A DNA stretch of 45,979 nt from Candidatus Woesearchaeota archaeon. Lineage in GTDB: Archaea; Nanobdellota; Nanobdellia; Woesearchaeales; BM511. The stretch is from positions 1 through 45,979 of the forward strand of contig JAHFPP010000001.1 of assembly GCA_023266675.1 (NCBI GenBank). The letters are read 5' to 3'. This document shows, piece after piece, positions 1 through 8,808 of this stretch; positions within the stretch are counted from its first letter, which is position 1, and each line of letters starts with the position of its first letter. The position numbers and the translations under genes were made by a program. The notes below the pieces were generated by a model. That model did no database searches. It saw only the letters and a program-made list of their open reading frames with translations, and was not told where the DNA came from.

Positions 1-283
1 AAGTTTATCAGCTCAATTAAAAAAACGCATTTGAAGGTGTTGATAAAAGTGTTCATAGCGCTTGGCTCTGACATAATAACGGAAGAATTTCACAATCTTG
101 TGTTTAAGCATCATAAGATAAGGATAAAAGACATGTACACCAAATAATTCTGATAAAATATAGACGTACATTTTACTTTTTTAAAAATGTTAGTTTTTTA
201 AATATCGTCTATATTTTCTAAATCCTCTTAGTAAGATTTTTAAATACCTCCTTTTTTCTAACGCTTAGGAGGATTGATTACTA

Positions 284-451
284 ATGAAAGAAGTATGTTC
301 AAGCTGTAAAAAAGACATCTCAAACGATGCCGGAAATATAAAATTCAAATGCCCTTCATGCCTAAAACAGACAATTATAAGGTGCAAACACTGCAGAGCA
401 ATAGTTGCAAAATACAAGTGCCCTGAGTGCAATTTTGAAGGTCCAAACTGA
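284..451 (+). CDS. small Zn-ribbon protein, 55 aa (COG2888-like, translation-associated)
   Basis: Hand-translated ORF below the 60-aa track cutoff: MKEVCSSCKKDISNDAGNIKFKCPSCLKQTIIRCKHCRAIVAKYKCPECNFEGPN. It has four CxxC pairs. A TAGGAGGA Shine-Dalgarno sits at 266-273. The stop lies 2 nt before the aEF-1beta start, which is the arrangement known for this family in archaea. Confidence 0.7.
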   Translation: MKEVCSSCKKDISNDAGNIKFKCPSCLKQTIIRCKHCRAIVAKYKCPECNFEGPN

Positions 452-453
452 AA

Positions 454-732
454 ATGGCCAACGCAATTGTCACAATAAAAATCATGCCTGAGTCGCCAGA
501 CGAAGACTTGAAGCACATAGAAACTGAAGCTTTGAAGATGATTTTAAAGTTTGCAGGAAAAGGAGACACAAGAACAGAGGTTATTCCTGTTGCTTTTGGG
601 CTAAAGTCTGTCAACATCACGTTTATAATGGACGAAAACCTTGGCTCACCGGACGCTATAGAAGGCGAGCTTTCATCAATCAAGGGAGTAAATTCAGTAG
701 AAACAACTGATGTAAGACGTGCTATTGGATAA
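454..732 (+). CDS. ef1b: translation elongation factor aEF-1 beta
   Basis: 92 aa. IKIMPESPDEDL...PVAFGLKSV...VETTDVRR matches the archaeal EF-1beta pattern in length and motifs. Confidence 0.85.
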   Translation: MANAIVTIKIMPESPDEDLKHIETEALKMILKFAGKGDTRTEVIPVAFGLKSVNITFIMDENLGSPDAIEGELSSIKGVNSVETTDVRRAIG

Positions 733-754
733 TTTTATTTCTTATCTATTTTTC

Positions 755-1699
755 TTAATTTTCTTTATCTATCATTTCTTTTATTAAAGGTGTGATTTCT
801 TTTCTCATTAGGATACCATCTCTTTTAGAAACACCATCTTTAAACTCAGAATTAAATATTCGTGTCAGTAAATCTTGTGTTTTTTTATCAATAACAACAA
901 ATAAGTTAAATGACTTTTCCAAGTCTATACATGTAAGAAAGATTATACCTATACTTTTTTCTTTTTTTATCTCAAGCATTATCTTTTTTATCTCTTTTAG
1001 ATTCTTCTTTATAAAATCATCAACGTTTATTATCTCAAGCTGGAGGATTGACAAACTACACTTATTGAAATAAAAAACTGCTACATCTTCATTCAAAATT
1101 TCCTTAAGTGGTTTTTTAAATTTCGATTTGTCAGCAAACATTTTATTGATGTAGTCTTTTGGAATTTTAAACTTAGTTTTTAGCCAGTCAGCCATTTTAT
1201 GGTCCCTTATTGTTGTAACACCTGCTTTAAAATTTATTGTGTTTGAGACAATTGCCGAAAAAAGAAGTTCTGCAGATTCCACGGAGATTGTTGTATCAGT
1301 CTTGTAAAATTTTTCAGCAATTAATGTAGCAGCTGAGCCAACCAGTTCAATTTGGGAAGTTGCGTTTGGAAATTTGTGTAATTCACTTAGTTTTCTGTGG
1401 TCAATAATCTCAATAACTTTTTCAGGAAGGATTTTAGGTGATACCTCTGTTAAATTGCTGGTGTCAACTAATATTATGTTCTCATAATTGAGTGTTTCAG
1501 CATTTTGTAACGAATGGATTTTAAATATATTAAGTACAAACTCGGCTTCTCTGTGTGGCGTTCCAAAAATTGCAGCTATGGCATCTTTGCCGTTTTTACG
1601 CAAGAATTCTGCATAGGCAAAAGAACATGCAAATCCATCCAGATCAGGATCTAAATATGAAGTGACTAATAGTTTTGTTGAGTTTATCTTTTTATTCAT
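755..1699 (-). CDS. DHH/DHHA2 family phosphoesterase (family II inorganic pyrophosphatase-like, divergent)
   Basis: 314 aa. An N-terminal DPDLDG motif, LVDTS, IIDHRK in place of DHH, and a SNTINFK segment are colinear with PpaC-type DHH proteins. Confidence 0.65.
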   Translation of the reverse strand: MNKKINSTKLLVTSYLDPDLDGFACSFAYAEFLRKNGKDAIAAIFGTPHREAEFVLNIFKIHSLQNAETLNYENIILVDTSNLTEVSPKILPEKVIEIIDHRKLSELHKFPNATSQIELVGSAATLIAEKFYKTDTTISVESAELLFSAIVSNTINFKAGVTTIRDHKMADWLKTKFKIPKDYINKMFADKSKFKKPLKEILNEDVAVFYFNKCSLSILQLEIINVDDFIKKNLKEIKKIMLEIKKEKSIGIIFLTCIDLEKSFNLFVVIDKKTQDLLTRIFNSEFKDGVSKRDGILMRKEITPLIKEMIDKEN

Positions 1700-2808
1700 C
1701 TTACTGCCTCTACAAACTCTTTTATCTTAGCATCAGTTCTTATGCCGTACAAGTCAAATATTGTTTTTTCTGCAAAAAAACCATTGTTTCGAAGCTTGGT
1801 TATTGCTTCATCAGTCTTTGGGATGCCTGTTTTGTATTTCTGAGAATACCGGTGAAGGTCAACAAAGCCGACAATGTTTTTTTGTGATTCTTTAAGAATT
1901 GTTTCCAGGAACTCTTTGTTTTCTTTGATATCATTATTTTTTATCATTTCTTTTAATAAAATCTTGTCGTTTAATTCTCCAACCCATAATGGTCCTGCAT
2001 AGTCCATTTTCCTCTCGCAGCAAGTTAATTCATTCTTATCTGAAGTTTCAAAGTTAAGGCATTTATTGCAGTAATGAAAAAATTTATGCCGCTTTATCAT
2101 TTCGTCGCACTTTGTCTTTGATTTAGTGCACAAAAAGAATATTCTAAAATAATGGTCTTTATGATATGAAAATATAGGTGTCAATGCCTTCTCATATTGC
2201 GTGGCGATTAGCTGAACTTTTCTTGCAAGTATCCGCAGCCCAAGCTCGTGCATGTGTTCATTACGTAAAGGCGTTGCATAATAATTTCTTTTGCATGTTG
2301 TTGGATACGTTCCGCAAAGAGCTGCTGTGTCAGTCGCTGTAACTGCCAGTATCCCTCCTCGTGAAATCCTTTCCATGCTTGAATCAAGGAAGGGATTTGG
2401 AGTTCCAAATGGATCTATATCTAAATAATCAAACCCCTGTGATTCCAAAATGAATAAGTTTGCATCTTTCTGCGATACTTCTATATCCTCATAGTTCAGG
2501 TTATCTTTGTTTAGCTCAATGTTTTCTTTTATTGTTTCAACAGCCTTTTCACTTAGATCATTAATCTGTATTGACTTTATTTTTCCTTTTTTTAATTCAG
2601 TCAAAAGCCTTACAGCGCGAACACCTGTTCCTGCCATGGGGTCTCCAATGTTCATATCATTTTTATCAACGGAATTTAACAATAGAACGCTCATGTCGCG
2701 GTTGAATTTCATCAAAGGATTGTAAAACACCGGCATGTCTTTAGACACAATTTCTTTAGTCCATGTTTTTATTTTCGCTTTTCCTTCAGTTATTACTTTT
2801 GTGTTCAT
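1696..2808 (-). CDS. trm1: tRNA (guanine26-N2)-dimethyltransferase Trm1
   Basis: 370 aa. FYNPLMKFNRD, DPMAGTGVRAVR and DIDPFGTPNPFLD motifs plus a Cys-rich insert, all typical of archaeal Trm1. It overlaps both neighbouring genes by 4 nt. Confidence 0.85.
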   Translation of the reverse strand: MNTKVITEGKAKIKTWTKEIVSKDMPVFYNPLMKFNRDMSVLLLNSVDKNDMNIGDPMAGTGVRAVRLLTELKKGKIKSIQINDLSEKAVETIKENIELNKDNLNYEDIEVSQKDANLFILESQGFDYLDIDPFGTPNPFLDSSMERISRGGILAVTATDTAALCGTYPTTCKRNYYATPLRNEHMHELGLRILARKVQLIATQYEKALTPIFSYHKDHYFRIFFLCTKSKTKCDEMIKRHKFFHYCNKCLNFETSDKNELTCCERKMDYAGPLWVGELNDKILLKEMIKNNDIKENKEFLETILKESQKNIVGFVDLHRYSQKYKTGIPKTDEAITKLRNNGFFAEKTIFDLYGIRTDAKIKEFVEAVR

Positions 2809-3947
2809 TTCTTAACCATTTTTTCAGCTAATATATAAAATGAAGCGCTCCACGCAAAAGGATGCTCTGAAGAGTAAAAAAATCTTTTCAAAGGTTTTCC
2901 ATTTTTTTCATAAACCTCGTACACATCATTATCTCTGACAATCACTCTTGATAATCTTTCTAAAACTTGCTTTGCTTCTTTATCTTTATTGATTTTTGAT
3001 AAAGCCATTGAGTGCAGGCATCCAAGCCATGTCCAAGCAACGCCGTGGTCATTGTAATCATGCATTCCAAAAAGGTAGAATGGCAAGAAAATTTCCTTTC
3101 TCTCATGCCTTGGATAATTAGTGTATGAAGGCACATCCTTACTTATTCCAAATTTCTCTGCTTTTTTAAGAATTGACTTGCCATGTTTCCTATTTGCAAT
3201 TTCAAATAATATTGCAAAAAAGTTTCCATCGCTTGAAAAAACTTTTGAATGTTTTTCTTCGTTATAGAAATCAATGTAGTATCCTAACTTCTTATCGTAA
3301 AACTTCTCATTAATCTTCTGCTTTATTATCTCTGCTTTGTCTTTAAAATTATTTCTGACTTCAATTCTGTTTAACAAATTATTTATTGACATCAATGACT
3401 GGTAATACAAAACGTTTGTGTAAAGCACAAACCCTTTTTTCTTTATCATATCCTGCCATGTTGAGTATTTTTCTGCGTAAATAAGGCCGTCTTTTTCAAA
3501 AGCTTCAACCCAGTCCATAATTGAATGAATTTTATCAATGTTTTTTTTTACGAATTCTAAATCGTTTGTTTTCTCTATATACCTGTCAAGCGTGATTAAT
3601 AAAAGCATATTAGGGTCGATTGCAGGATTGAAACCCTTATCCTGTGAATAACAAGGTTTAAGATTATTCTTTAATTCTAATTTTGCAAATGCAAGGGTTT
3701 GTGAGAATGATGACGCTCCAATTCTTATCGGTACATGACCTTTGCTGCTTGTGTTTTTTAAGAATAAGTTAAGATTTTTTTTAACAATTTCATAATCTTT
3801 TAGTTCTAAAGCGCCCCATGAAGCATAAAAAGAGTCTCGTGCCCAGTAATAATTAAAATGAGTTGCGCCAGCAACGATACCCTCCCTGCTGTAGCACTTT
3901 ATTAAAGAAGACTTTGCTATGCTTAGCGCAGCTTTTTGGTTATTCAT
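2805..3947 (-). CDS. glycogen-debranching-enzyme-like (alpha/alpha)6-barrel glycoside hydrolase (GDE_C / COG3408-like)
   Basis: 380 aa. YWARDSFYASWGAL near the N-terminus and overall resemblance to amylo-alpha-1,6-glucosidase C-terminal domain proteins. Family-level call only. Confidence 0.5.
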   Translation of the reverse strand: MNNQKAALSIAKSSLIKCYSREGIVAGATHFNYYWARDSFYASWGALELKDYEIVKKNLNLFLKNTSSKGHVPIRIGASSFSQTLAFAKLELKNNLKPCYSQDKGFNPAIDPNMLLLITLDRYIEKTNDLEFVKKNIDKIHSIMDWVEAFEKDGLIYAEKYSTWQDMIKKKGFVLYTNVLYYQSLMSINNLLNRIEVRNNFKDKAEIIKQKINEKFYDKKLGYYIDFYNEEKHSKVFSSDGNFFAILFEIANRKHGKSILKKAEKFGISKDVPSYTNYPRHERKEIFLPFYLFGMHDYNDHGVAWTWLGCLHSMALSKINKDKEAKQVLERLSRVIVRDNDVYEVYEKNGKPLKRFFYSSEHPFAWSASFYILAEKMVKK

Positions 3948-4000
3948 AACATGACAATGATGTTTTTAATTAAAAATCCTTTGGTAAATGCCACGCTTGT

Positions 4001-4885
4001 TTATCCAATTGAGAGTATTATTATCCCTATAACTATAAGTGAAATAGGGATGAGTTTTGGAAGAAACCTTATGTCCTCTGATACCCGGATTCCAAAAAAA
4101 TGGAAGGCTCTCTCAAGAAGCAGAACTATTAATGGCTGTGTTGCGCCAATTGTTGCAACAATAGTCGCTGAAAGCCCGTTCATTGCAAAAAATGTTGTTA
4201 GTGTTCCAAAAAACGTAAATACTTCAGCAAGGACTATCCATTTGATGTTTCTCATCTCAGATAAAAATCCTTTTCTTGTTTTTTTATGAAAGAACCCAAA
4301 AAGAACACTTATTCCGATAAATATCTGCGTTATCGCAAGCCCGTTTGATTCAGGCATGCTTGTTGTTGATACCTTAAAAAGAAACTCATAAACAGCTGTC
4401 GTGATTATCAATAATAATATTCCCCAGCCAAACACTTTGCTTTTTAGCACGCTTATCTTGACAGATATCATTACTGCCCCAGTTATAACTAAAAATATTC
4501 CCAAATAGCTTACTAATGACAATTTTTCACTTAGGAAAAAAAATGATAATACAGCTGTGACTATCGGATAAAAATAAACAAGGCCTATAACATGTGAAAC
4601 GTCTTCTTTTGATATTAAGTAAAAATATAGATAATATTGAAGTCCAAAGATTATTCCTGCAACTGCAGGTATGATGAACTCTTTAACTGTTATTGGAAAT
4701 GACCAGTCAAGAAAGAGTGTCATTACTACTCCTATTAACAGGCCTATGAATCCTGATACAAGCGTGAAACTCATTACGTTTTTTGTTTTATGTTCAACGA
4801 CGTACTTGTCAAGAAGGTTCATCATTGCCCATATTACTGGCGAGATTATTGCAAAGAAAAGTGATATGTACGTGATGCTTTCCAT
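4001..4885 (-). CDS. EamA/DMT superfamily transporter
   Basis: 294 aa, about ten hydrophobic helices in two similar halves, typical of the EamA duplication. Confidence 0.65.
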   Translation of the reverse strand: MESITYISLFFAIISPVIWAMMNLLDKYVVEHKTKNVMSFTLVSGFIGLLIGVVMTLFLDWSFPITVKEFIIPAVAGIIFGLQYYLYFYLISKEDVSHVIGLVYFYPIVTAVLSFFFLSEKLSLVSYLGIFLVITGAVMISVKISVLKSKVFGWGILLLIITTAVYEFLFKVSTTSMPESNGLAITQIFIGISVLFGFFHKKTRKGFLSEMRNIKWIVLAEVFTFFGTLTTFFAMNGLSATIVATIGATQPLIVLLLERAFHFFGIRVSEDIRFLPKLIPISLIVIGIIILSIG

Positions 4886-4886
4886 T

Positions 4887-6131
4887 TTATTCTTCAGTTT
4901 TTTTAGTTAAATCCTTTTCAGACTTTTTTAACTTTTCAAGCCTGATTTCAGGGTCATATTTCATTAATCTAAGCCTGTTCTTCTCTTTACTGAAAACAAA
5001 CTCCTGAACCTGCATCTTTTCAAAAACATAATGCTCATAATAAGTATCATACAAATCTTCAACAAAATATGTTCCTTTAGGGAGATTGTCATATATCAAT
5101 GTGAAAAGCGCAGCTATTACCCCAATTACAACCTGCGTATACGTTGCGTTTGTTCCAACAACAGATATATTTGCAAAGGAATTGAAGTAATAAACACGCT
5201 TGTCCTCATACTCAAGAATTATGCCAATCTTGTCTGAACCTTCAAGAACAATGTTTGTGTTATCTCCAAGCAAAAGCTCATTATGATTAACTTTGCCTTT
5301 TTCTTTGTAAATCCTGATTAGTGTCTCCATTGTGTGCTTATTTATCGAGTAAATAAAACTTGAAGAAACATTGTATTTCTGGGCAAGGCTTACAACTTCA
5401 TCATGCGGAACAATGCATCCTTCAGGGTATTCATCTAATTTTAATATTGGTTTAAGAATTTTCTTCATATCAACCCTGTTTGCAAGCGCATTTGGAAACA
5501 GTTCTTTGACATTGTTTCGACCAAGCATCATCATTGATGGTATCTCGGCGATTTCCTCCAGGAAATATTCTATTGACCATGTAACCAAAGGAATCTTCTT
5601 GGCTGTCTTTGAAGTGTCATACTCAAATATTATTATTTGTTTTGGAACTCCAAATTTTTCTATTCCAAACCTTGCCCACATATTAACAATACCGGGATTC
5701 ATTCCGGTGCATAATATATGAGCTGCATTGTTTAGCTTATCCCTCTTATTCCATATATCAAAAATGTGCTCATGCGTTTTTGACGGACCATTTATGCTAG
5801 TATTAATGTAGTTTACACCCATCTCATTTGTTATTTCAAATGTCTGCAGGTTATCGTCGCTTACAACATCAATAACTATATTTATCAAATGATTTTTTAA
5901 TATGTTCTTGTATTCAAGCGTATCTTTGGGAAAAGATAGGGCTTTGTTTATGAAGATATAATTTAACCTTGCATGGTCAACGAATTTATTTGCCAATATG
6001 CCTTTGCTCTTGTCAAGAAGGACTATGTTATCAAAGGATTTTCGGTGGTGGCTTAAATAAATAAGAAGCGCGCTTCCAACACCGCCTGATGCGCCTAAAA
6101 TCAGTAAATTTGGTTTTTTTGATTCGTACAT
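4887..6131 (-). CDS. saccharopine dehydrogenase-like NAD(P)-binding oxidoreductase (homospermidine synthase-like)
   Basis: 414 aa. N-terminal Rossmann motif LILGASGGVGSAL and a CTGMNPGIVNMW motif resembling the GxNPG motif of the saccharopine dehydrogenase / homospermidine synthase family. Confidence 0.5.
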   Translation of the reverse strand: MYESKKPNLLILGASGGVGSALLIYLSHHRKSFDNIVLLDKSKGILANKFVDHARLNYIFINKALSFPKDTLEYKNILKNHLINIVIDVVSDDNLQTFEITNEMGVNYINTSINGPSKTHEHIFDIWNKRDKLNNAAHILCTGMNPGIVNMWARFGIEKFGVPKQIIIFEYDTSKTAKKIPLVTWSIEYFLEEIAEIPSMMMLGRNNVKELFPNALANRVDMKKILKPILKLDEYPEGCIVPHDEVVSLAQKYNVSSSFIYSINKHTMETLIRIYKEKGKVNHNELLLGDNTNIVLEGSDKIGIILEYEDKRVYYFNSFANISVVGTNATYTQVVIGVIAALFTLIYDNLPKGTYFVEDLYDTYYEHYVFEKMQVQEFVFSKEKNRLRLMKYDPEIRLEKLKKSEKDLTKKTEE

Positions 6132-6174
6132 ACGCTAGAAGTAGAATAAACGCTTAATAAATGTTGCTATGGAC

Positions 6175-6642
6175 TCATCTTTTGATGCTTTCAATAATAA
6201 ACTTAGGAACAATCCCAAGTTTGATGTATTTGTCCTGAACTTCCTTTGGAAGATACTTAAAATCCCTGATTCTTTTTCTGCACTCCTTATCTTCGCACAA
6301 ACAATCCATCTCCCAATCATCCTCATCCATAGTTGTGGAGTAATCAAAACTGATTTCTTCATCTTTTCTTATTTGAGTTATTGCAATTAGTGTTACTTTA
6401 GTATCATTTACAATTAAACCGCAATTAGGGTTGCATGAATGATTTATGAAATCATCAAAATCACCAGAAGGACCCATATTCAGAGTCTTACCTATCTGAA
6501 TATAATGGTCCACTTTTTTTGGCAAATTATCATATTCAATAAGTTCCCCTTTAAATTCAATTATCTCTTCTCCTTTCTCAAATTTCTTATTTGCGTATAC
6601 CGCTTTTCCAAGTTTAGTCTTTACTAATTTCAAATTATTCAT
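6175..6642 (-). CDS. SET-domain protein-lysine methyltransferase
   Basis: 155 aa. NHSCNPNC and EISFDY SET motifs plus a Cys-rich post-SET CLCEDKEC. Confidence 0.8.
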   Translation of the reverse strand: MNNLKLVKTKLGKAVYANKKFEKGEEIIEFKGELIEYDNLPKKVDHYIQIGKTLNMGPSGDFDDFINHSCNPNCGLIVNDTKVTLIAITQIRKDEEISFDYSTTMDEDDWEMDCLCEDKECRKRIRDFKYLPKEVQDKYIKLGIVPKFIIESIKR

Positions 6643-6700
6643 CTTACAAATAATATTGAGAAACCTCTTAATAAATTTAATGGTATATAATACTTAATTA

Positions 6701-7402
6701 TTATATCTGCTTTAACATTATTTCATTATTATCATACATTCTAATGAAAAAGAGAAGCAATCCAAGTAATAAAAATAAAAATCCAAGGAGGTATAATGAG
6801 TCTGACAAAATTCCAAGTACTCCATAATTCTCTGTAAAATCATTGTACACATAAATCATATTTGCTACATAAGAAAAGAAGGCATCTAATACTATATAAA
6901 ATATGAAACCTTTTTTCTCATTCTTATTTATCTGATAAAGGAAAACAATTAAAAATAAAATTAAACTACTTATTGGGTAATAGAAATCCAGAACTATCTC
7001 AAGTAAGTTTACGTCTGCTATATTTGGAAGTATGAAAACATATGATAAATAAACCAGCAATGATATTGTGAATACCAATGTGAAAATTATCATTTTTATA
7101 TCTTTAAATGTCAATTCTTTTTTCTCACTTTTTATATAAAGATAACTAAACGCTATAAGAAATAATATGTCACCGGAGATATTGAATATATCACTTGGGT
7201 TAGGCCATTCAGCATATTTTAAATATACCAATTCAGCAATTCCATATGATATCATTCCAATACATATCAATCTGATAAAAAATTTTATTTTTGAATGAAT
7301 TAATAATTTCAGTCTAAATAATATCCTGGCAGCAATTATTGATAATAGAACAACTACAATTATTGTGATGTTTCCTATTATTGTTTTTAGTTGCTCTATC
7401 AT
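6701..7402 (-). CDS. polytopic membrane protein, unknown function
   Basis: 233 aa, multiple hydrophobic helices. It starts 1 nt downstream of the stop of the 7404-8003 gene, so co-transcription is likely. Confidence 0.45.
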   Translation of the reverse strand: MIEQLKTIIGNITIIVVVLLSIIAARILFRLKLLIHSKIKFFIRLICIGMISYGIAELVYLKYAEWPNPSDIFNISGDILFLIAFSYLYIKSEKKELTFKDIKMIIFTLVFTISLLVYLSYVFILPNIADVNLLEIVLDFYYPISSLILFLIVFLYQINKNEKKGFIFYIVLDAFFSYVANMIYVYNDFTENYGVLGILSDSLYLLGFLFLLLGLLLFFIRMYDNNEIMLKQI

Positions 7403-7403
7403 T

Positions 7404-8003
7404 TTAAATCGGTTTCTCTTTGCTTGTTGTTTGCAGCAGGTTGACGCTAGCTGCTTCTTTCATGTCAGCAACTAGCGCTTTTGGGTCTGGTATGAATTTG
7501 TCTACAACTTCTATTGTCATGTAGAACAGGTAGAAGAATGCAATTGCTCCAAAAATATACTGTGCACTTAGTACAGCGTCAGTATAGTATATTGGCGCAA
7601 ATACCATTATGAAATAGCTTACTTCCCTTACACGTCCAATGTACTTTATCATCTCATTTCCAATGTACCCTTCTATTATTATGTAGACTCCGTAAAGTAT
7701 TATTGCAAGTGCTATCACAAGCTTTGCTATGTCCGCACTGCCCATCCCATCTTTTGCGTTTATAATAAAGAAATCTACTCCTCCCCAAAGAACTATCACG
7801 GCGTTTGTCATCGCGTTTCCGCGCGAAGTGCCTTTTTTCTCCTGAAATAGCTCGGCAAGGAACAACCCTATATATACAGGGACAAGGATTTTGAATATTT
7901 CATAATTAGATGATGGCGCAATAAAAAGGTTATTTAGCCACAAAGTGAAGGAGTTCCAAATAAACAGGAATACATTGCTAACTACACTCCACACCTCTAT
8001 CAT
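7404..8003 (-). CDS. membrane protein, paralog 1 of a tandem pair (unknown family)
   Basis: 199 aa. Shares long identical blocks with the 8095-8709 product: NSFTLWL, IFKILVPVYI, LFQEKKGTSRGNAM, GRVREVSYF. Confidence 0.6.
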   Translation of the reverse strand: MIEVWSVVSNVFLFIWNSFTLWLNNLFIAPSSNYEIFKILVPVYIGLFLAELFQEKKGTSRGNAMTNAVIVLWGGVDFFIINAKDGMGSADIAKLVIALAIILYGVYIIIEGYIGNEMIKYIGRVREVSYFIMVFAPIYYTDAVLSAQYIFGAIAFFYLFYMTIEVVDKFIPDPKALVADMKEAASVNLLQTTSKEKPI

Positions 8004-8094
8004 ACCTCATCCTTTAATCTGTTAGTATATAAAATTTATGAATTAATAGAGCATTTACCATTTATTTGTAAATATCATTAAAAGAAGGGTGTGT

Positions 8095-8709
8095 TCATTT
8101 TTTTGACACAACTTTTTCTTTTATCTGATTCTCATCAGGCAAACTGACTTGCGCAGCTTCTTTTATGTCTGTAATTAAAACTTCTGGTGTTGGAACAATT
8201 CTATCCAATAATCTAACCACTCTATAATATACGTAGAAAAACACAACTGCTCCAAAAATATATTCAAGTGACAACGTTGCATTAGTATAATACAACGGCG
8301 CAAATATTATGATGAAATAGCTGACTTCTCTAACTCTCCCGACATACTTTATTATCTCGCTGCCTAAAAATCCCTCAACTATAATATACAATCCATACAA
8401 TATTATCACAGATGCAATTACAATTTTCGGTATCTCAGAATTATCAAACCCGTTTTTCATGGTCATAATGACAAAGTCAATTCCACCCCAGAGTGCTATT
8501 GCAGCGTTTGACATCGCGTTTCCGCGTGACGTGCCTTTTTTCTCCTGAAAAAGTTGTGTAACAACCAGTGTAATGTAAACAGGCACAAGAATCTTAAAAA
8601 TACTGTAATTAGTGAAAGGAGCGACAAAAAGGTTTGTGAGCCACAGAGTAAAAGAATTAGAAATAAACATTACAACTCCTAAAATCACCTCTACTATCCA
8701 CATAAACAC
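8095..8709 (-). CDS. membrane protein, paralog 2 of a tandem pair (unknown family)
   Basis: 204 aa, colinear with the 7404-8003 product over its full length. Confidence 0.6.
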   Translation of the reverse strand: MFMWIVEVILGVVMFISNSFTLWLTNLFVAPFTNYSIFKILVPVYITLVVTQLFQEKKGTSRGNAMSNAAIALWGGIDFVIMTMKNGFDNSEIPKIVIASVIILYGLYIIVEGFLGSEIIKYVGRVREVSYFIIIFAPLYYTNATLSLEYIFGAVVFFYVYYRVVRLLDRIVPTPEVLITDIKEAAQVSLPDENQIKEKVVSKK

Positions 8710-8747
8710 TATTTTGATGATAACACTATATATTTTTTTTGTTTATA

Positions 8748-8766
8748 CTCCACTGGACCACTGGAC
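8748..8766. repeat. tandem CCACTGGAC/CACTGGAC motif, the reverse complement of the motif at 34380-34397
   Basis: The reverse complement of 8748-8766 is GTCCAGTGGTCCAGTGGAG. Positions 34380-34397 read GTCCAGTGTCCAGTGGAG, identical except for one G. The motif lies between divergent genes, just upstream of an AAATATATAAA TATA-like box at 8780-8790. Confidence 0.7.
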
Positions 8767-8808
8767 AGCTACACGAAGAAAATATATAAATCAATTAATC
8801 TTTATTTG

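Noticed and set aside
13-171. A 52-aa minus-strand ORF at the left edge of the window (MYVYILSELFGVHVFYPYL...)
   Set aside because: It has no Shine-Dalgarno or recognisable motif and an odd aromatic/basic composition in an AT-rich promoter-like region. The evidence is too weak to call a gene.
6135-6390. Track ORFs of 75 aa (minus) and 73 aa (plus) near the SET gene 3' end
   Set aside because: They overlap the SET-domain gene in other frames, and neither has a Shine-Dalgarno or recognisable motif.
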